Shown here in pieces: positions 27,692 to 32,000 of a stretch of DNA of 32,000 bases. The position numbers were made by a program, and so were the translations under genes. The notes beneath the pieces were generated by a model, which made no database searches, had not been told where the DNA came from, and saw nothing but the letters and a program-made list of their open reading frames with translations. This DNA comes from Methanocaldococcus jannaschii DSM 2661 (lineage in GTDB: Archaea > AGJL01 > Methanococci > Methanococcales > Methanocaldococcaceae), in contig NC_000909.1 in the NCBI RefSeq assembly GCF_000091665.1, positions 1,222,961-1,254,960 of the forward strand, given 5' to 3'. Position 1 is the first letter of the stretch, and each line of letters opens with the position of its first letter.

Positions 27692-29182
27692 TTATTCTTT
27701 CACTTTCCATTTTCTATGTAGATATATCGCTTTAGTTGGGCAAATATTGTAGCAAGCTCCACAGAACTCACATCTCTCTTTATCAATAACTCCATAATCA
27801 ATGCAATTATTTGGGCAGACCTTGTTGCAGAGACCACACTTTATACAGAAGTCCATATCAGTTCTAATAAATGAGTTTTCTCTATCAACAACCTTTTTAT
27901 AGCCAGTTGTGTTTGGAATCACATCTCTTGGGCAGTGAATAGCACATGTTTCACAAGCTATGCAATTATCAGTAAATAAAACCTCTCCATTACTTCTGTC
28001 TATTATTATAGCGTCTCTTGGACATACATTTGAGCATGTTCCACAGAGTATGCAGTTTTCATCTTTAATTTTCTCCAATTTAACTGTTGTTATTGATATT
28101 GCTTCTTCTGGACAGTTATTTATACAAATTTCACATAGAGAGCAGCCTCCAACAACTCTATCATCTACAGGACTTTCGCAGGAGTAAAGTTTATTATTGC
28201 CCATAGATGCCTTTGGCATCAAATTTCCTTTATGGATGTATAATCTGCGAAAGTCCTGTTTAATTCTTCTAACATCGTTAGGGCAGATTTTAACGCATTC
28301 CATACATTTCCAACAAACATCTGGGCTGTAATATAGATGTCCATTCTCAAACCTTAAAGCTCCACTTGGGCAGTGTTCAGCACACAACCCACAATTTATA
28401 CAATAACTTGTTGGTTGGGATGTTTTATCTTCCTTAACTTTAATAACTTTAAAGTTTTCAACTTTTAAAGCATCGTTAGGGCAGATTTCAACACATTTTA
28501 AACAGAGAATGCATTTATTATAATCTACTTCTCCATCTTTAATGGCATCTTTTGGGCAGTTCTCTCCACACAAATTGCAGGATGTGCATGCATCTATAGA
28601 ATCTGGGACTATAGTATCTCTTGGACATAAATAAGAGCATCTTAAGCATCCAACGCATTTATCTCTATCAATTTTAATAGATTTCCTTTCTACTTTTTCA
28701 ACAACTTTTCCTGGTTTTTCTTCAGCTCTAAATAATTTAACTTTCATAAGATTCTCTAAAACTTTTAAGTATCTCTCTGCTAAGCCTTCTCTCTTTGTGT
28801 TTAACAATTCATAAGAGCTAACTCTTGCATTGTAAGGGCAAACCTCAACACAGACGCCACACATTGAGCAAATTCCCATTGGGAATTTTTTTCCATCTTT
28901 CTCTACAATCTTTATAATTCCAATTGGGCAGACGTTGGCACATATACCGCAACCGTTACATCTCCTTCTATCTACATAATAGCCTCCAAACTCATTCCTC
29001 TTAATTGCCTTGTTTGGGCAGTTTCTTGCACACTCTCCGCATGTTAAACAGCTAAAACTTTTATTATTTAATAAAAATATTGCATCTGTTGGACAAGCTT
29101 CCATACACTTGGATGTTTGTGAGAAAGGACAGGATTGGCATTTCTCCTCTACCCTACATTCATCTAATATAGTTATAATCAT
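27692..29182 (-). CDS. Polyferredoxin (13 canonical CxxCxxCxxxCP motifs plus one degenerate N-terminal motif).
   Basis: I counted the motifs in the translation: [144 protein letters not shown] and [12 protein letters not shown]. The start is re-placed at ATG 29182 behind GGAGGAAGG. Confidence 0.9.
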
Positions 29183-29193
29183 CCTTCCTCCCC

Positions 29194-29652
29194 TCAAATT
29201 TGTTTTAAGCCATATTTCTCTTTTAAAAAGTCTTTAATTACTTCCAACACATTTTCAGCATCTTTTAAACATTCTTCAGCATCTTCTTTAGTATATTCTT
29301 CCAATGGATTCCAAAGTTCTCCAAAATACGGTTCTGGATACCTTGGCATAACCCAATGTTCTTCTAAGCTTTCTATTTTTGGTATTAGATTTAGTAATTT
29401 CTCTTTCCATGAATCCTCAATTTTCATCTCGTAGATGACATTCCTAAACACTCCTGAAACTACATGTCTTCTGAAAATAATTCCATTTAAAATTAAAACT
29501 GCTTTTACAGCTTTTTCAACACATTGTTGGGAGTGATAGACTGAATCTGGATAGTGATTTGTTTTTAGTAGAACTTTTGCCACTTCTAAATCCTCTTCCG
29601 CCCTTTTTATGAATAGCTTAGCATACTTTATATTAAATCCGCTATCTTCCAT
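29194..29652 (-). CDS. HEPN-domain protein, the putative toxin partner of the adjacent nucleotidyltransferase.
   Basis: 152-aa all-helical protein with an N-terminal ...[12 protein letters not shown]... helix and the C-terminal [12 protein letters not shown] signature typical of archaeal HEPN proteins. It overlaps the MNT gene by 25 nt. Confidence 0.75.
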
Positions 29653-30071
29653 TCTTTCTCCTCATCGATAAATATTGGCTTTATTCTTTTAATAATCGGT
29701 TTTATTCTCTCAAGGTAATTTTTCCAGAAGTTATCTCTATCATATATTATTTTATATCCAGTTAAAATACCACAAATCAACGGATTTATACTCTTCAGTG
29801 ATAAATCCCTTGGCTCTACCAATATTGGAGAAATGTTAATCCCATATCTATAAATAAACTCTAATACTATGTCCCTTAAAACTTTATGTCTGTCAATCCT
29901 TCTTTTTGGTAAATTTTTAGCAATAACTAATAAATCAACATCTGAATACTCCACAGCAGTGCCTCTTGCATAAGAACCAAATAAAATAATTGAAATTAAA
30001 TCATCTCCAAATTTTTGTTTGCATTTTTGTAGAAATTCATCTAAAATATTATTCAACATTTTTTCATCCAT
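29628..30071 (-). CDS. Minimal nucleotidyltransferase (MNT/MntA-like, Pol-beta superfamily), the putative antitoxin.
   Basis: It has the GSYARGTAVEYSDVDLLV motif (GSxxRGxxxxxSDxDLxV) and a GGTGAA SD before the ATG. Confidence 0.85.
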   Translation of the reverse strand: MDEKMLNNILDEFLQKCKQKFGDDLISIILFGSYARGTAVEYSDVDLLVIAKNLPKRRIDRHKVLRDIVLEFIYRYGINISPILVEPRDLSLKSINPLICGILTGYKIIYDRDNFWKNYLERIKPIIKRIKPIFIDEEKEWKIADLI

Positions 30072-30083
30072 TATTTCACCAAA

Positions 30084-30335
30084 TTAAATCATTTTCCCTC
30101 CAAATAACCTGTTTCCAATAATTATTCCAATTACTGCAGATAGATAAGAGCAAGATAAAGGAAGTAAGTCATAGTATGGAAATGCCTTTAAGAAATAAGC
30201 TATAACTACAGTTAAAATTAAGTATCCAAAAATATTTCCTATTTTATGCCTATACTTAGCTCCCATCAACACTCCAAACAAAAATGCAAGAATTGAAGGA
30301 TAATATAAATAGTTTGATAATATTGCATCAAGCAT
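30084..30335 (-). CDS. Small integral membrane protein (about 3 TM helices).
   Basis: An 83-aa hydrophobic ORF packed between the MnhB-like gene and the TA pair. Confidence 0.55.
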   Translation of the reverse strand: MLDAILSNYLYYPSILAFLFGVLMGAKYRHKIGNIFGYLILTVVIAYFLKAFPYYDLLPLSCSYLSAVIGIIIGNRLFGGKMI

Positions 30336-30356
30336 TTAAATCACCATTATTCCAAT

Positions 30357-31145
30357 TTATTCCAATTTCTCCTCAGATTTGCTAATTTTTTCAATAATAA
30401 CCTTTTCACAAGACAGTAAGAATGCAGCAGTAGATAACCCTGCTAAAACCTTTAATCCAACTGCAATGTTTAGATATGGAATGATTCCAGCTGTTATGAT
30501 TTCTTTTGGAGCTGGAAAGATAGTAAAGCCATTAATTTCTGTGAAGTTGAATAAATAATATCCTCCAATAAACATTCCAGCAACACCAAGTAATAGATAA
30601 CCTAAAGCTCCCAATGCCTCCAACTTCTCCAAAAATTTATGGTCAAACCATAATGGGCTGTTAGAACCAAAGGCTATAACTGATAGTATAAATGCAGCAG
30701 CAATTAGAGCTCCTCCTTGAAACCCTCCTCCTGGTGTTATATGCCCTCCTAACACAGTTATAATTCCCAATGCAACCATTAAAACACTCATAGGAAATGC
30801 CAAAAACTTAATTATTGGTGTATATTCTCCCCAACCTTGAAGTGTTATGTAATCATCTGACTCTGGAGCGTGAAATAACTCTTTTAGATAGGTGTTATCA
30901 TATAATGATTTCCCAAACACAATCCAAGAGACCATAACGGCAACAACTAAGACCAAACACTCTCCCAAGGTATCATAAGCCCTCCAGTCAAATATTACAG
31001 CACACACATAGTTTGGGATTATATAGTGAGTGAGATAAACTTCATTAACTCCTGGACTAATCTGCATGTGTGCTAAACTATATAATACAGATGCCCCAAA
31101 TACAAAGAAGGATATGGCAACAGCTAAATCTCTTTTAGAGTTCAT
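30357..31145 (-). CDS. MnhB/MrpB-domain integral membrane subunit (Mrp antiporter / energy-converting hydrogenase membrane module).
   Basis: Polytopic protein with the conserved GHITPGGGFQGGALIAAAFIL motif characteristic of the MnhB domain. Confidence 0.7.
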   Translation of the reverse strand: MNSKRDLAVAISFFVFGASVLYSLAHMQISPGVNEVYLTHYIIPNYVCAVIFDWRAYDTLGECLVLVVAVMVSWIVFGKSLYDNTYLKELFHAPESDDYITLQGWGEYTPIIKFLAFPMSVLMVALGIITVLGGHITPGGGFQGGALIAAAFILSVIAFGSNSPLWFDHKFLEKLEALGALGYLLLGVAGMFIGGYYLFNFTEINGFTIFPAPKEIITAGIIPYLNIAVGLKVLAGLSTAAFLLSCEKVIIEKISKSEEKLE

Positions 31146-31146
31146 T

Positions 31147-31473
31147 TTACCACCTTGTTGTCATATAGATGCAGAATGCAATTGCCCCCAAGAATATGGA
31201 GAGCCAAAACAACTGGTAGTTTATGGCATTTGAGTTCTCTTCCTTAAACTTAAAGATTAAAGGAGACACTGACAGAGAGAAAGCTAATGCAGCTAAACCA
31301 AACAAAGTCATCAAAGTTTTTCCATAAACTCTCCCAATAATCAAAGCTCCAAATATAAACAATAAATAGAGAGTAAATTCTCCAGTATAAACTGCTCCAA
31401 CTGTGATTCCATCCCCATGCTCTTCTTTATCCAACTTTTTTTGAAAGTCATTATAATCCATAAAATCCACCAA
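31147..31473 (-). CDS. Small integral membrane subunit, function unknown.
   Basis: It has three predicted TM helices. A 1-nt gap separates it from the downstream MnhB-like gene. The start may be the internal ATG at 31461. Confidence 0.5.
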   Translation of the reverse strand: MVDFMDYNDFQKKLDKEEHGDGITVGAVYTGEFTLYLLFIFGALIIGRVYGKTLMTLFGLAALAFSLSVSPLIFKFKEENSNAINYQLFWLSIFLGAIAFCIYMTTRW

Positions 31474-31490
31474 AAATTAAGTTATTTTGT

Positions 31491-32000
31491 CTATTTTAAA
31501 TAATAATTAACCCCTAACTCCTTTGCATAGTCCCAGAGATAGTTTGTTACAATGTCTGGATAGAGACCAATTATTATGCATAGAGCAGTTAATACAAACA
31601 AGCTAAAGACAGCAAGTTTAGGAACTTCCTTGTTTTGATACTCTTTCAGAGTTTCTTCATCAACTGGTTTTAAGTAAATTAAATAGAATGCCTTCATCAT
31701 TGAGACAAACGTCCCTATACTAACAATAATCATTATTATAGCTATTTCTGGCATATTCACTTGCATAGCTGCTTGGGCAAGCATCCACTTACTCTGAAAT
31801 CCGTTAAATGGTGGAATTCCACTAATCGCAAGCTTTGCACATAAAACCATAAATGCCACAGAGGGCATTAGAGGCAATAAACCTCCCAACTTATGCAAAT
31901 TACTTCCTCTCTTACAGCTTACAATATACGCCCCCAAAAACAAGGCAGATTTATAAATAACGTGATTTATAGCGTGGAAGATACCAGCAACAATTCCTAA
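31491..32000 (-). CDS. C-terminal part of a NuoL/M/N / MrpD-type proton-antiporter-like membrane subunit. The gene continues off the right edge.
   Basis: The frame stays open to position 32000 upstream of the track start. It reads LGIVAGIFHAINHVIYKSALFLGAYIV...GGLLPLMP...GIPPFNGFQSKW, the typical H-x-x-N-H-x-x-x-K and GxPPxxGFxxK motifs. Confidence 0.8.
   Translation of the reverse strand, partial: LGIVAGIFHAINHVIYKSALFLGAYIVSCKRGSNLHKLGGLLPLMPSVAFMVLCAKLAISGIPPFNGFQSKWMLAQAAMQVNMPEIAIIMIIVSIGTFVSMMKAFYLIYLKPVDEETLKEYQNKEVPKLAVFSLFVLTALCIIIGLYPDIVTNYLWDYAKELGVNYYLK

Overview
AT-rich (about 30% GC), densely packed archaeal chromosome segment. The gene content, the recurring GGTGAT-N4-ATG Shine-Dalgarno pattern and the hyperthermophile-style K/E/I/N-rich proteins point to a Methanocaldococcus-type methanogen. 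From memory the gene order resembles the M. jannaschii leuD-to-bio region, but I have not verified this. Left to right the window holds: (1) the 5' end of a LeuD/HacB-type gene, a tandem pair of unknown paralogs, and a two-gene unit encoding an acidic-tailed membrane protein plus a ~1015-aa lipoprotein with an internally duplicated module. (2) A GC-elevated hairpin-rich noncoding block next to a decayed IS6-like transposase remnant. (3) A transglutaminase-like secreted protein. (4) An ~8.7 kb minus-strand type IV pilus / Tad-like operon with an A24 prepilin peptidase, several prepilin-like proteins, a TadC/FlaJ-like membrane protein and a VirB11/FlaI-like ATPase broken by a 1-nt frameshift. 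Surface-protein genes rich in N-glycosylation sequons are transcribed divergently from it. (5) A fumarate hydratase alpha subunit gene, a PHP phosphoesterase gene and a complete biotin cluster (bioB divergent from bioW-bioF-bioD-bioA). (6) An archaeal-ATPase-family (PF01637-like) gene. (7) A ferredoxin/polyferredoxin plus Mrp/Nuo-like membrane subunit operon, of energy-converting-hydrogenase type, with a HEPN-MNT toxin-antitoxin pair sitting inside it. The most unusual signal is a family of small GC-rich modular hairpin elements. One sits in frame inside bioB, one sits in frame inside the ATPase gene, and one abuts the bioA stop codon next to a duplicated copy of the bioA 3' end. A related block lies at 5.1-5.3 kb. 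The copies share modules that show compensatory stem substitutions, and all lie in the sense orientation of their host genes. Several ORF-track starts are over-extended with GTG/TTG codons, so I re-placed them at the ATG following a GGTGAT motif.
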